Below, in pieces: positions 49,520 to 63,295 of a DNA stretch of 64,000 nt; position 1 is the first letter of the stretch; each line of letters begins with the position of its first letter. The position numbers were made by a program, and so were the translations under genes. A model generated the notes under the pieces. That model made no database searches and had not been told where the DNA came from. It was given only the letters and a program-made list of their open reading frames with translations. The DNA is from Lama guanicoe (taxonomy: Eukaryota). The stretch spans positions 12,411,175 through 12,475,174 of the forward strand of contig MU056000.1 of NCBI GenBank assembly GCA_013239625.1, written 5' to 3'.

Positions 49520-49965
49520 CCGCTTCCTACCCTCCCCAAAAGAAATGTGCACGTCCTAATCCCTGGGACATATGAACGCTACCTTTTTTTTTTTTTGGAA
49601 AAGTGGACTTTGCAGATCTAATTAAGTTAAGGGTCTTCCAATGGGAAGACTGTCTTGGATTATCTCACTGGATTCTAAATCCAATGACAAGCGTCCTTAT
49701 AAAAGACACACAAGGGAGAGACACACGGAGAAGGTGATGTGAAGATGAAGGCAGAGACTGGAGAGTTACTGCCACAGGCCAGGGAATGCTGGCAGCTCCC
49801 AGAGGCCNNNNNNNNNNNNNNNNNNNNNNNNNNNNNNNNNNNNNNNNNNNNNNNNNNNNNNNNNNNNNNNNNNNNNNNNNNNNNNNNNNNNNNNNNNNNN
49901 NNNNNNNNNNNNNNNNNNNNNNNNNNNNNNNNNNNNNNNNNNNNNNNAGTAGTTACAGAAACAAA
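49520..49965 (+). mobile_element. MLT1B/C-like MaLR LTR (contains a gap)
   Basis: GACTTTGCAGATCTAATTAAGTTAAGG...GTGAAGATGAAGGCAGAGACTGGAG. Confidence 0.85.
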
Positions 49966-50734
49966 TATAGTCCCCAATATTCTAAGCCTATGTTTGACAC
50001 ACTTCCTGTACAGTGCTAGTCATTCACTATTTCCGTATTTAATGTAAATTTTCAACTTTCAGCGTTTTGCTATACCTTTTAGGTCATCGATCTCAGTCAT
50101 TTGTGTATTCTAATCATACTTTGTATGTGTCAATTTATGAACTGTGTCTAGAATTGCAGGCTTCAGCTTCTCTCTCCCAGTCAACAGAAAATAAATTAGT
50201 TTATTTTCGAATCCATAAGTTTTGGAGCAAAAGCCTGGAATACTCATATGGAGTTGAATGGTTTGGCATCTTAAAAGGAAATATGCATCATGTAAACGTA
50301 TTTGTGAGTAGTTACCCTGATTACACTCTTATAGCAGTTGGAGTGTGGTTTGGAGCTTGACTTCTTGGGCTGGAACCCAGCTTTCCCAATCAATGATGTG
50401 CAAGTTGTTAATCTTTTCTGGGCCTTGATTTCCTCATCTGTGAAATGGGTATGACCATGGGTATAAAATGGGTACAACTGGATTTTGGTGAGGATTAAAT
50501 GAGGAAAATATGGGTAAAGTTCTTAGAACCCCGCCAGGGGCATGCTGAGAACCACAGGACTCTTAACTATTATTCATGCATTTACAACTTAAACTTCCAA
50601 TTAGTTGAGAGCACGTCAAAAATGGGAAAAGACTGAGTTCTCAGAACCTTAAATTATTCCTTTGGGCTAAGAGCATCAATAAAGTACTCCTAGGTCTATA
50701 ACTCTATGTGACCCCCCCAAAAAAGATTTTTTTT

Positions 50735-50796
50735 AACTTTTCTTTCTTTCTTTTTTTAAGTGATTTTTTGGGGGAGGGGGAGGTAATTAGGTTTGT

Positions 50797-50839
<43 letters not shown>

Positions 50840-50920
50840 TTGATGGAGGTAACTGGGGATTGAAACTGGGACCTTGTGCATGCTAAGCACACACTCTACC
50901 ACTAAGCTATACCCTACCCC
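50735..50920 (-). mobile_element. Camelid vic-1-type tRNA SINE with a (TTTA)n expansion
   Basis: GGAGGTAATTAGGTTTG(TTTA)n...CTACCACTAAGCTATACCC. Confidence 0.9.
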
Positions 50921-51119
50921 CAACCCTGAAAATAAGATTTTAAGCAGAATATACTTGTCTAGGGACAAACAAGGAATGATATAGTCATAAAACTCATAGT
51001 ATTACTGTGCTTCATGCTCAGTAGTTGTATTCGCCAGGCAGTGTAATGACAAATGCTCTCCCTTGTTGAACCAGCCAGCCTGTTTCTTTTTTTAAATTAT
51101 TATTTTTTAAATTTTTTAA

Positions 51120-51628
51120 TTTTTTAAATTAAGCTTTTTATTTTGAGAAAATTGTAGGCTTACATGCAGCTGTAAGAAAAATACAAAGAAATCCCATGTA
51201 CCCTTTACCCAGTTTCCCCCAATGGTAACCTCTTCCAAAACCATAGCACAATAATGCAACCAGAATGTCGACACTGAGACAGTCAAGATGCAGAACGTCT
51301 CCATCACCTCAGGGTCCCTCAGGTGGCCCTTCTGTGGTCACGCCCACTTCCTGCCATCTCCCCACCCCTTCCTGGACCCCTGACAAACACTAATATGTTC
51401 TCTATTTTCATAATTTTTAAATTCAAGGAATGATATATAAATGGACTTGTGCCATATACAGCCTTTGGGGATGGGCTTTTTTCACTCAGTGCAATCAGAG
51501 AATCATCTACGGTGTTCATGTATCAGTAATTGTCCTTTTGATCCCTCAGCAGTACTGCAGGGCATGGACGTGCCATAGCTTGTTCCTTTATTCACCCGCT
51601 GAAGGAGGTCTGGGCGGCTTCCAGCTGT
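51120..51628 (-). mobile_element. L1MC-like 3' end
   Basis: TTTTATTTTGAGAAAATTGTAGG...CCCTTTACCCAGTTTCCCCCAATGGTAAC. Confidence 0.85.
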
Positions 51629-52434
51629 CTGTGAGTGGAGCTGTGTGCAAGTGGGCTTCACAATGCTGTCAAACTAAAATTTTGGCTGTGCCTTTTCATT
51701 AGGAAGCCATTTCTCCAGAGAAGCCTCCAATCTTCTATGGGGTTGGAGGGTACTTTCTGGCTGCAGGAAAATACAGGCACTGAGCTCTGGGAAGTGTTTC
51801 TGGCATCCGGTTATAGAAAATGGGCTGAGAATTCTACCATCATTGGGCTGACTCTCAGTTCATGTGCCCGCTTTCAGGTCTGTGCCTCACGTTTCTGCAC
51901 TCACCAGTAACGATCAGGCTGGGGCCTCTTGGAGTTCTAGAGCGTGTTTCCAGTCAGGGCTGGGGGTCGGTGGTTTAGAGGTGGTTGCGTCGGATGAATG
52001 GTTGGTGGGGGGATCGGGGGGTACATTCATTCTACACAGGGACTTTCATCCCTCCTCCAACCCCCCACACTGCCCCTCTGCCTTTGGGGATCTGCCACCT
52101 CCAAGTCTTCCAAAGAATTACAGTTTAAACCGTTTTCTTTTTCATTAAAGGGACCACTTGAAGAAGTACTGTTGTGAATTGTGGAACTGTGATGCTTGAC
52201 CTGGGTTGACAGAATTAGCAGGAGCTGCGGGTCAGAATCTACATGACTCAGGATGCTGGCTGTTAACAAGCTAATGTTGAAAGCCTTGTTAAGAACACTA
52301 AGCGGTTACCAACTTGAAAGTCAGTTTGTACTCTTTGGAACATTAGAATGCATTCTTCCAGACACATCAATGAGGTGTAAAAATAATTCTAATTTTGCAC
52401 CAAATAGACTTCACTCTGTTACTCTGCCCTAGGA

Positions 52435-52448
52435 CCAGTAGGGGGAGC
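52435..52448 (+). promoter_or_regulatory. CTCF-like motif CCAGTAGGGGGAGC
   Basis: Near-consensus match. Confidence 0.55.
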
Positions 52449-52971
52449 ATGTGCTTCCCTTTTCTTGATGCCAAGGACGTAAGTGGAGAGAACAAAATTA
52501 TTTAATGGAATGGACTTTAAACATCAGAATACCTTAGGTTAAGTAACTGGTTTTGATTGGATGTACTTAACAGTCAAAGAAATGTGTACCTTCTGAGTAA
52601 AGAGGCGGTAAAGGCAGAGTGCCAGCGCCAGGGGAATTAGCACCGGTTACTCAGTGACTACTCTCGAGTACATGCCGTCCATCCCATGATGGCACTTACT
52701 CGTCCACACTTTCCGTCGCTCTCCACGTGGCGGACGTCTGAGTCTCTTTACTGGACTCTAAATCTCATTTTAAACAAATGATGCCAATACCTTCTAATGC
52801 AAGTGAGATAAAGCCTACTTTTTTTTTATCATGAATATTGCAGGTCAAATGAATGAATGGAAACGATCAATGATTCTAATAACTTCATCTATTGCTTAAT
52901 ATACATCATACCCAGGGCTAAGCATTTTATAGATATTTGTTTACTTATTCTGACAACCACCAGATACGATT

Positions 52972-53830
52972 TTGTATCAGTCAATTTAGATTAAGTTATC
53001 CTGCAATACTGAAATCTATAATGATGAAAAACTTGATGGCCATCTAAGAAATTAATTCAGATTTCTGAAAATTTGGTTGCATGTTTACTTTCTTTTCTTA
53101 TATATTATACATCTTATATATTGTATATATATTTGAAATGCCATTTTGAATAACTGATTTTCTATTAAACATTTGAAATGCATAAGAAAGAAATTGCTTA
53201 AAATCAGTAAATAAGTCTTTCAAATAATGTTGTAAATGTATTCTAAGTTGTGCTCAGATGCTACAAATGTTCTGATATATTATTTCAAATACACCAAAAA
53301 CTTAAGCATATATTTTCAAGAAGTGTTTTAGCCAATCAAGACATTTTATTATGCCCTGTTATTCAAAATTTTCTAATTGTTGGCTTAAGTGGGACGTTTC
53401 ATATCAACAATAAACAGCTCCACTAAGAACAACAACAACAACAAAAAGTTATCCTGCAATAAAAAGGAGCCCCTAGATCTCAGAGGACTATGACAGCACA
53501 TATTTATGTTTTATTCACATGACGTGTCCATCGTGGGGCTGTATCCCTGGGACCCAGAAGGCAGAGCAGCCTCTGGGTGGATGTTGTCGTCTCAGGTGAC
53601 GGGACAGGATGAGCTGGTTCTTAAAACTTCTGTTCACAGTCACTTCTCCCCTCCATTCAATGGCCAAAGTAAGTCCCATGGCCCCTCCTGACCTCCCTGT
53701 GTCAGGGAGGTTTTATTCTATTTCCTGGAGACACATCTCAAATCATGTGGCCAAATCTGATATCAGCCAGGGGGGAAGTACCATCTTGCATCCAGAAGAG
53801 CAGCAAATATTTTGAGTAATACAACCCACT
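52972..53830. mobile_element. MLT1J/K-like LTR split by an AT-rich insert (~53010-53445)
   Basis: AAGTTATCCTGCAATA is duplicated at 52993 and 53446, on either side of the insert. Confidence 0.6.
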
Positions 53831-54469
53831 GCAGACAAAACGAAACCAGCAAAACCAAACCAAAACATAATGTCAAGGACTTAATAAGGCAGAAGTGTTA
53901 AAATCAAACCTCATATGCCACTTTTTTTTAAAACAGAGAAAGAACTAATTTTCACCTGAATGTTTTTATTTCAAGAGGTAGTTGGGAAAGGGGAAAAAAA
54001 AAGTGAAGATATTATCTTTAAGGGCTAACACCAAGAGATTTCCTTACAAAAGGGCCAATCTGATGTTATTTCTACAAATTAAATTCAGGTTCTAAAAATC
54101 TAGATTTCAGACAGCTTAGGTGGTCTCAAAGAGGATCCCATTTCACTTTGGGGAATTCTGTAATGGTTCACATTCATCACGTGACTCTGAAACTTACCAA
54201 ATGTGTGACATAGCTGAGGCAGCGTTATTGTTTTAAGAGGAAATAATTTCACATCACCAGCAGCGTATTTTAAACTCTTGGGTACCTAGCCAGTCTTTGC
54301 ATTTTATTTCCTTTCTCCTGTTGCATAGTCTTTTCTGTCAAGCAAATACTTATCAAGACACATAAGTACATACCCCCCATGCTAGAAATTGTTTTCTAAT
54401 TCATTAGAATGTTCATTAAAAAGTCACCCCTTCTCTGGGTCTGGCATTTATCACACTACGGCAAGTAGC

Positions 54470-54514
54470 CAACCAGGTGGCAGTGTTTTCTTGTACAAGC
54501 CTGCCACCTTGTGG
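54470..54514. promoter_or_regulatory. Convergent pair of CTCF-like motifs
   Basis: CAACCAGGTGGCAG (+, 54470-54483) and CCACAAGGTGGCAG (-, 54501-54514). Confidence 0.6.
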
Positions 54515-56242
54515 TCACTTGGAAAACCAGACTTGGCAAAACAAGTGCTCTGCAGTACTTTTCCTTCGATAAGTATTTTTTGACCTCCCAGTGTGTACCA
54601 AGCGGTGTCCTAGGTACTCAACTCACGACCGTTAATGAAATGGACAAGAATCTCTGCCCTCCTGGTGCTTACGTTTTAAAGGATAAAGACTTGCGTTTGT
54701 AAGTTAAAATTTGGAAATGTGACCCCCTTTTATAACCTGTTAACCTAATATCCTATGGGCATGTGTGCCGTCTTCTCGATCACTCCTCCTGCTTTACGTG
54801 AGCTGCTGTAGGTCAGCTCTTCCCTGTCTTATTCTCTGGATCCAATACCTCTTTCCCTGTCAAAGGCTCAAGGACCCTGCACCTGTAATTACCCCCCCTC
54901 CCCTATATTCTCAGTCTTCCTCCCTCTCGCACATACACATGCGCCAATAAAAAGCTGACAACAAAAAAAAAAAAAACCAACAAAAAAGCCCTTTCCTTAA
55001 TCCCAAATGCTCTCTAGCTAATGCTGCATTTTTCTGCTTTCCATCGCAATAAAATTTTCCAAACTTTTTAATCCCTTGTGTCCACAAGAACCTCGTCCGC
55101 CTTGTTCATTGCTGAATTCTACTCCTCAGAACAGTTCCTGGCATTTAATAGGCTCTTGATAAATGTTTAGTTTGCACATGAATTCCTTTTGCAAGAATGG
55201 TGACTCCCATCAGACTTTGGTTTCTGGGTAAACTGGTATTTGGAAAACAGAAGTAGACAAGGCATTAAATCGATGAGAATCACGCTTAGCCCTTGGGAAG
55301 ATGCCTGAACCTCATGGCTTCCCAATTTGTAAAATGAGGAACTGGACTACATTGGCGATGACAATTACCTATCAGTCTTGGGGTGAGATCTAATTGGTAG
55401 TGGCATCTTGGGTACAGTATTACAAAGAATGTTCTGGCTGGGAGAAGCCTGCTGTCATTGACTGATATGGATTGATCAGTGACAGCCACTGGTTGTGGCT
55501 GTGTACGCTTGAGTCACGTGGTTTCCCTCAGCTCTGAAAGTAAAGTGATTTAAAAAGACAGAGTCTCAAAACCTTGTTTTTTTCAACTGCATTTTAGATT
55601 TGAACAAAACTTAAACCTTTGAGCAGTTCTCAACATTTAATGATAGAGTAAGAATTAGACTCAACATTACAAACAATGATCTCCAGGAATAAATCTAAGA
55701 TGAGTGAAAACAGATCTAACACCTACATATTTAGCCAGAGTTCATCTGACGTCTTATAGCACCAAGGAAAGGCCTTTTACTGTATATTAAAAATGTTCCT
55801 TTCAGAAAAATGTCCTGCACTGTCTGGTGTTTATTATGCCTAGTATTTTATTTCCCTGTAAGATGTGTTATCTTCTCTTCTCTTAAGTTGGCTGGATTCA
55901 TTTGCTTTCTTTGCTCCATCTTGCTTCTTTATGAGGAGGTAATTCCAGACCAGACTGACAAATATTTCAAGCTATATTTCAATTACAGGGACAATACATG
56001 TGAAATGAATGAGATTAAGACACAATAAACCTCAGAAGGGAGGGTAAGCCCTTTTAAATGGAAATCAGGATTAAATGGAAATTTTCATCACTTTACAGTT
56101 CAGTTAGTTATAAATGTTTTGAGTGGATTAAAAAGCCATCTGAATGGATATGAAGACTTAAAAGAATGTGTGGAGTTATCTTAGTGAAAAGAAAAGACAG
56201 TGATTGGAGATCTTAGCAGGAAGAAATTCTTAATGATCTAGA

Positions 56243-56445
56243 TCAGGTTGGGTAAATCGTAGCCCTTGGGTCAAAGCTGACCGCCAACATGTTTTTGTAA
56301 ATAAAGTTTATTGGAACACGGCCCCATCCATTTGTTTTTATGTTGTATGTGGTTGCTTTCCTGTGACAACGGCAGAGTCCCCAGTGGCAGACAGAAATCT
56401 CGTGGCTTGCAAAACCTAAAATATTTAGTATTTGGCTCTTTCTAG
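56243..56445. mobile_element. MER58-like fragment
   Basis: TTTTTGTAAATAAAGTTTATTGGAACACGGCC...CCTAAAATATTTA. Confidence 0.8.
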
Positions 56446-58985
56446 AGTGTGAGTTTCTCCATTAGATTTTATATTTTTGAAGGGAAGGATTCTACGTTGA
56501 ACCTTGGTTTTTAATTTCTCTTTAAAAAAAATCAGTCCCTTTAAGATGATCAGTTAATAACAACTTTAAGAAACATAGTATAAAACATAGATTGATGCAG
56601 TGGGTGGCATTTTCTATCAGTAGTTACTGTGTCCTTTAAGCCAACTCTGTTTTTCTCTGCTCTCTGAGAAAGTTCTGTACCTTCTGCTTCCCCATCCTCA
56701 GCTGGGCTCTGCAGGGCGTCCCACCAGGAAGGGCGCTCTGCACAGCAGGACATCAGGGCCATGACCTTCCAGCCTGGATGCTTCGCAGGAGCCACTTAAG
56801 GCATCGTTGAGTCCATCCAGTTGGTTGGTTGGTTGGTAACAACTGCCCTCAGGAGTCTGCCTTCCTGGTCCAGGCTGCCTCTTCCAGCCTCTGGAGCAAT
56901 TTCCAGGCCCTTGGGAAGATTTTAAGCAGCTGCCAACAAGATGTAAGGTGTCCGTCGCTTGCCAGACTCCCAGGGCATCCCTTCAGGAAGAAATGGGGGT
57001 GCCCTCTATTTCAGCCAAAATACAAGCCAAGGTCTTAAGTTTAAAAGAAACCCTTAAAATACAAATATTTCTTATTATTTTTCTGCCAACACAATAGTCA
57101 AGTCAATTCTTGTGCTGCAGTGTTTGCTTAAAGTTCACATCAAAATGCCTGGTTTTTAGTAAGAAGCAGCTAAGCGAGAGGGGAGGATGATTTCCCGATG
57201 GCCACCCTGAAGTCTCCTAGGAGCCTGAAGTCCCAGGTTGAAAACTTCTGCCTGAGACTGAAGTGCAGAGGTGGCATCACAGCCTGCAGTGAAGGTGGAC
57301 ACATATTCTGAACAGACCTCGCTCCCCTAACGGACAGTGTGCACAGTCCAGGGAGAGGGTCCCTGCTTCCTTCCTGCACCCTCCATCCACTCGGAGAATC
57401 TTCCTGTGTGCTCCAGCACAAAGATGCTGGTCTGGACCACATTATTTTTACTCTTTTCATACAAATACTTCAGTAGAATTATACTAAGATGGTTTCTGCA
57501 GTTTGCAGGTTGATATAATAAATGACCTTATGAGAGAATTTCCGTATCTCCAGTAAAAATCGTTATTGAAAAATTGTCTTTAAGAAAAGCAGTATCTTTT
57601 ACATAAAGGGATATAGTGATATGTTCTTCTTAAAGTTGATAGCTGGGAAGAGTTGCCCCTTCTGACACACCTGAAACATTTTCTGTTATTAGAAATATCA
57701 ATAGACCATAATATTATGATTTTTTTTCCTCTTGGCTGCCAGGAAGCTTAGAGTTAAATTCTTTGTGCAAACAGAGTGTCATACTTCAGGTTTTCCGTCA
57801 GAACTATCTGTGCCCTCCTGTCTTCCCTGATTCGGTCCTTAACTCTTATTTTTTCATTCCTTCCTTAATGGTCCTGTTGGTGGTGCTATAAAACCAGCTT
57901 CTTGAAGACACATTCTCTGAATGTGTTTTCTGAATTGGCTGAAGGCCTTAAATCCATTTTCTTATATAATTTTCAGAACAACTCAGTGAAGCTGGTAATT
58001 TTCCCATTTTCCAGATGAAACCACTAAGGTTAAAAGACAGGGAGGATTGTGTTCAAACTCATAATGCTAGAAAGCGGAGGCGAAGTTAGGATTTGAAACC
58101 ATTACCGTCTAAAAACTGAGCTTGTCAGCTCAGCCCCTGAGATGGACAGTTTCCCCAAGTCATACTGCAGTGGAGTTCAGCAGATGTAAAGATGGGATCA
58201 ATTTTCCCATGGACGAAATGATCACAAGGATGAACAGTGAGAAGACTTTAATCTACAGAGTTGATAGTAACTTTTTCATAGGAGACTGAGACTGTTACAC
58301 CAGATTAAATCCAAGCAGTGAACCAACACTGGAAAGACAGCGTCTAATCCTGTTGGTAATTAAATATATGCAACTTAAAACATATGATGGATGGATCTCA
58401 TTTCTAGAAACTGAAATTGAGGAAGTATTTTAAAAGATGAGAACTATGTGTTTGAAGCTGTCATCGCAGGATTTATCAGGAGTAAAAGCCAGAAAGGAGA
58501 CAATAATTGTCTTCAATAGAAGATAAAATGCTTAAGCGATTTTGATTTAGCAGCAATGACGCTCTAGATGCCCATTCAAATACACCGAGGAAGACATAAA
58601 ACACAATGTTTCACAGAAAACAGAACTTTGTGTTGATTATGGGATCATTCATGCAAAAAGTAAGTTAATATCTGATGGAGTAGCAGGGACTAACTTTAGG
58701 CGAAAATCTTCCTGTTTCTGCAATCATCTCAAAAGCTGGGCATGCGGGCTGGGGTGGTCTCTTGCATTAGAAGTGGGTTGGATTAGGACCAAAAGGGAAG
58801 TACCAGGGCTTCGACACATTCTTCATCCAAACTGAGCCACTAATTTAAAGGTGAAGAAGCAAAAAGATGCAAGAAACAGAAGCGTAGTGTTAAAATACTG
58901 GGTGCCCGAGAGGCAGTTTCCACGTAGGGACTGCCCAGCCCGGAGCCGGTTTCTGGAGCAATCAATGTACCAAATGATATATTCT

Positions 58986-59157
58986 TTTAAAAAAATTATT
59001 GTATTTATTTATTTACTATTATATCATTTTATTTTACTTTATCTTGGTGGGGGGAGGTAATTAGGTTTATTTATTTTCAGAGGAGGTACTGGGGATTGAA
59101 CCCAGGACCTCAAGCAGGCTAAGCATGTGCTCTACCACTAGAGCTATACCCTCCCCC
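58986..59157 (-). mobile_element. Camelid vic-1-type tRNA SINE
   Basis: GAGGTACTGGGGATTGAACCCAGG...GAGCTATACCCTCCCC; TSD AAATGATATATTCT. Confidence 0.92.
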
Positions 59158-60817
59158 AAAATGATATATTCTGATTCCCAAAGTAATGAGTGGTCATTGC
59201 AAAAACATTCATTCAGCATAGAACTTAAGAACATGGTATTAGAAAGCTGAGCAACCCTCCACCCACCTCTGAAATGACACCGATTCCCAGTGAGAGCTAC
59301 TATTAGCAGTTTGGGCTGCAGTCCTGCAGACATTTCCCATGTGTTTATTTATAATGTAACATAAGGACAATCATACTCCCTATATTGTTCAGCAACTTAC
59401 TTTAGGCACCTTAGAAGCTGTTTTTGACATCTTTCCTTTTGTTTGACTTTGATCAGATGAATATTTTAATCACTGCAGTGAAACTGCTTTTCTTTTTTGT
59501 TTCCTGTCCTCCAAGAATGTAGATGCTTTAAGACAGGAATCACGATTTTCTAGATGTGTTCAATACCCTGGTCCACCACTGTGATGGTCTGCCTCGTTGT
59601 CACAGATGGCATTCGGTTCCCCTTAAAACTACTGACACCATAGCTGGGTTTTGGTTTTTTTTTGAGGAGGTTTTTGGATATCCTCAACTATTTATGCCAG
59701 TTTTTCCCTTAATGTATTTTAAGCCTGGCTCTCTCATTTCTGACTATCATACTTTTTTACGTTTGGGGAGAAGTCATTCTTTCTGACACTGAGTTGGTCT
59801 TATCTGAGTAGGGGATTCCTGGTCTTGAGAAGCAAGAGGATCACAGCATCTGACCGAGAGACTTAGGGAGTCCGTCCAAAGGGCGGAGTTAGGTTGCTGT
59901 TGGAATTTGACAGTATTTGCACTTGGAGAAGTCGGCAAAGCAGCATCCCTTAATTTACAGCCCAAATGCACATCCTCAGCGGTCTCTTTGGCAACTTGCT
60001 TTTGCACTCACCAGTTTGTTTTGGCCACCATTCCCTGCACTGCAGTTAAAGTAAAAATATTTTCATGACCAGTAGGGGCTGATCAGAGAGCAGGAGCTGG
60101 TGGTAACAAGGAGCGGGGCTGGACTTAAGGTTCACACTATTTAACGCTGGAACCTCGGTAGTCTCGTTTACCCAAAAGGGAAGCCACGTGAAAAACTGCT
60201 CTACAACATTCTTTATGCCATTGTAAAGTAACTTGTTATTTGAAGGGTTTAACCGGTGATTATGGGGGAAGGGTAGCCAAGGAATTAAGGACTATTTTCC
60301 CAAGACTAAAGTCCCTCTGTTCTAATCCCCTGCCGTGTGTCTGTAGAAACAGGCAGGCACTGCCTGAAAAAAGCCCTCACTGGTTAGTGAGGCAAATGTC
60401 CCTGGATCACCGGTTTTATGTATTTTCTTCATAGAAAATGCTGATGAGTTGAAAAATTGCTTTGAGATTGAAAGGATTGATGGGGGTGGGGTTGTGGGCG
60501 GGATTCTGGACTATGAAAGGGAGAAGGCAGTTGGGAATGAGAACTGTTTAGGTAGGGTACAATGTTGTGTTTTATCCGTTTTTTATCGTGGGCAAAAATG
60601 TTCCCAGTGTGGTGCTTAGGCCAGGTCGCTCCTTCCACTTCAAATCCAAGGTTTCGTGGTAAATACACGATTCCTTAGACTTCCCAGCTATCCTGTTACA
60701 GGACATACCCAGGAGGGTGAACTAGGGGACCTGCCGTTAAGCTGTTTTTTTCCAGTCACCCAGCGTGGAGTGACAGAGTGGAATTCAGAATCCCTGATGG
60801 GAACCTTGGCCATTGCT

Positions 60818-60864
60818 CTGCAAGGGGGCGCCTAAATTAGTGTTCTAGTCCACCTAGGTGGCAA
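60818..60864 (+). promoter_or_regulatory. Tandem CTCF-like motifs
   Basis: CTGCAAGGGGGCGC (60818-60831) and CACCTAGGTGGCAA (60851-60864). Confidence 0.5.
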
Positions 60865-61054
60865 GAAGGGCTCAGGGTGCAACTCAGTCCCTGCTAAAAG
60901 GAAAATCACTGTGAAATCTTTGCACTTCCAGACCTGCTACTTGCTGCAGACACCGTGTACCATGGCAAGAAGTAGTCCCCCATGCAGCGTGTGCTCTTCC
61001 AAAAAAAAAAAAAAAAAAGAATCAGGTCTTTTCCAGCCTCATGCTCTTTCAAAC

Positions 61055-61265
61055 CACGGATTCTCAACCTCCTCATACTGACATCTTGGGATGGATAATT
61101 GCCCGTTGTGGGGCTGTTCTGCATGTAGGATGTTTAACAGCAAACCTGATCTCTACCCATGAGATGCCAGAGCACTTCTCTGCCTTATACTCCCTTCCCC
61201 CAAAGCCTCCAGATACTCCCACAGTCCTCTGGGGAGCAGAAGAGCCCCTGCTTGAGACCGACTGA
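61055..61265 (+). mobile_element. MER20-like DNA transposon
   Basis: TTCTCAACCT...GACATCTTGGGATGGATAATT...CTTGAGACCGACTG. Confidence 0.8.
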
Positions 61266-63067
61266 TTGAAACAAAGGAAGCCCTTTCACTGGGCTACATG
61301 AAGGGTGAGGTTGTAATAATGGCGCTGGGGGTAGGGGATAGAAAGGGAGAAGGATGCGATACATATACAGATTTCAATATTTTCCTTGGATTAAAAATGA
61401 TTAATATCCTTAAGAAAGAAAAGCTGTCTACTTTTCTACGTAATATTGGCTGTTTGGCCTTTCGCTTGTGATTTGTAGAAGAGATCTTGTGATCAAATTA
61501 CAGCAGTTCAGTCCTCCACTCAATACTTAGCCGTCGAGCTGAATTGATCAAATTCCCTACATGGGTGTCCGAGGGCTCGCGTTAATTCAGTGGCCTTGAA
61601 CGGGAGCCAGTCAAAAAGATGTCAAGCAGAGGTGGCTGGAGTGACACGGGGTGACATTACTGTCACTGTGCTTTTTGCTTCATTCATGTTGGTCTACAGG
61701 TTTTACTTGGGACCTGAATTCCCTTTTTACTGTTTAGGAGGAAAGGATGGGGAACTGAGGAAGATGCTAAGCCTTGGTGGGTGATATGAGAGGTACCAAG
61801 AGGGGAGTTATGGGTGAGGTTTGGAGGTGAGATAAGATGAGGTCGATGTAATCATCTATTGTATGCGTCTCAACTGACCATAGATATGATTTGAAAAGCT
61901 AAGCACATGTTGAAGTTGTCATAAACCTACTAATTTAGGTGCCAATGAGACCATGACATTGCAAGCAATTCTATGGCAAATCCTTTAGCAAAAATCAGTC
62001 ATCACTGAATCATTTATCTTTTTGATGAATATTTCCATAATGCAGGTTATGCTTCACTGGAGCAAAATGTGTAGGCAATTGAAGATGACCGTGGAATTCA
62101 TTTTACAACCCAGGAAGTTTAGCTTTGTTTATTAAGGAATTATTCATTCCTTTTGGAGAGTAAAGCCATTTTTATTTTCATGACTGTAATGTTGAAAGGT
62201 AATTAAATTTGTCATAAATTGCACCTTTAACATAGACTCACAAGTTCATTAGTCTGTAATCTAAACAGCTAGTGACATCCACAATAGTTAATATTAAAAA
62301 TTTTCTAAACTCCAGAGCTTTAAATGCTTATTCATTAATTCCCTAAGTATGTGTTGGAAAAAAAAAACTTTCGAGAGCATGCAAATTAAAAATGTAAGAT
62401 GTTAGATGAACAATTAAAAATGAGACTAAAAAATCACCAAATTGGATTTTACATAGTAATGTGTTGAGATATAATATTTTGGGTACCATTTGATGTATAA
62501 CTATAAATTCTGGAAAAGCTTCCATTCTTAAGATTAATAGCACTATGAGCCAGTTTCATCATTATGTCATTAAAGAATTCTTTTAAAAAATCTTTTAAAT
62601 GAACAACTAAATCTGATGGAAGACAAAACTGAGGGGACCTGCAGTCTCATTGGTGTAAGCTTTTGCCTCCCATTTCTATGGCAACCTGGGTTCTGTATTC
62701 CAATCACACCTTCTAAAGGCTTGCTTTCTCCAACATGAAAATTTAGCTGGAAGCACTGAAAGTACCAAATTATAATTTTTATGTATTTTTTCAAAAATCA
62801 GAAAAAGAGAAGCTAGAACTGAGATAACATCCAGAGATTTATCATGGAACCACAATAGGAACATATGTTTATGAATTTTAAGATAAGTTTACATGCCTGG
62901 AAGATCACAGGGACAAAAACTGAATGCTAAATGAAATAGCTACACAGATATCCCATAACAAGTACACTCAATAAATGCTTTGAGCATAAAATTGCTAATG
63001 CTTATTCAATTTAATAAGTTAAAGACTTAGACACTTGCTCACAACAATTAAACAAAAATGTAGAGCC

Positions 63068-63295
63068 CAATAGTTTTCAACCTAGAGTGATTTTTGCCTC
63101 CCAGGACACATTTGGCAATGTCTGGAGACATTTTGGTTGTCACAACTGGTGATGGTGGTGATGGTCATATGTGTTACTGGTAACTAGTGGATGGATGGAG
63201 GCCAATAATGATGATGAACAGACTACAGTCCACTGGGCGGGTCCATCCCCCTGACAACAGAAAATTATCTGCCCCAAACAGGAGGTTGAGAACTA
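63068..63295 (-). mobile_element. MER20-like DNA transposon
   Basis: CATTTGGCAATGTCTGGAGACATTTTGGTTGTCACAACT...GGTTGAGAAC. Confidence 0.85.

Noticed and set aside
6537-60191. Numerous CACGTG E-boxes
   Set aside because: Scattered, several inside repeats; no enrichment test possible here and no clustering at a promoter.
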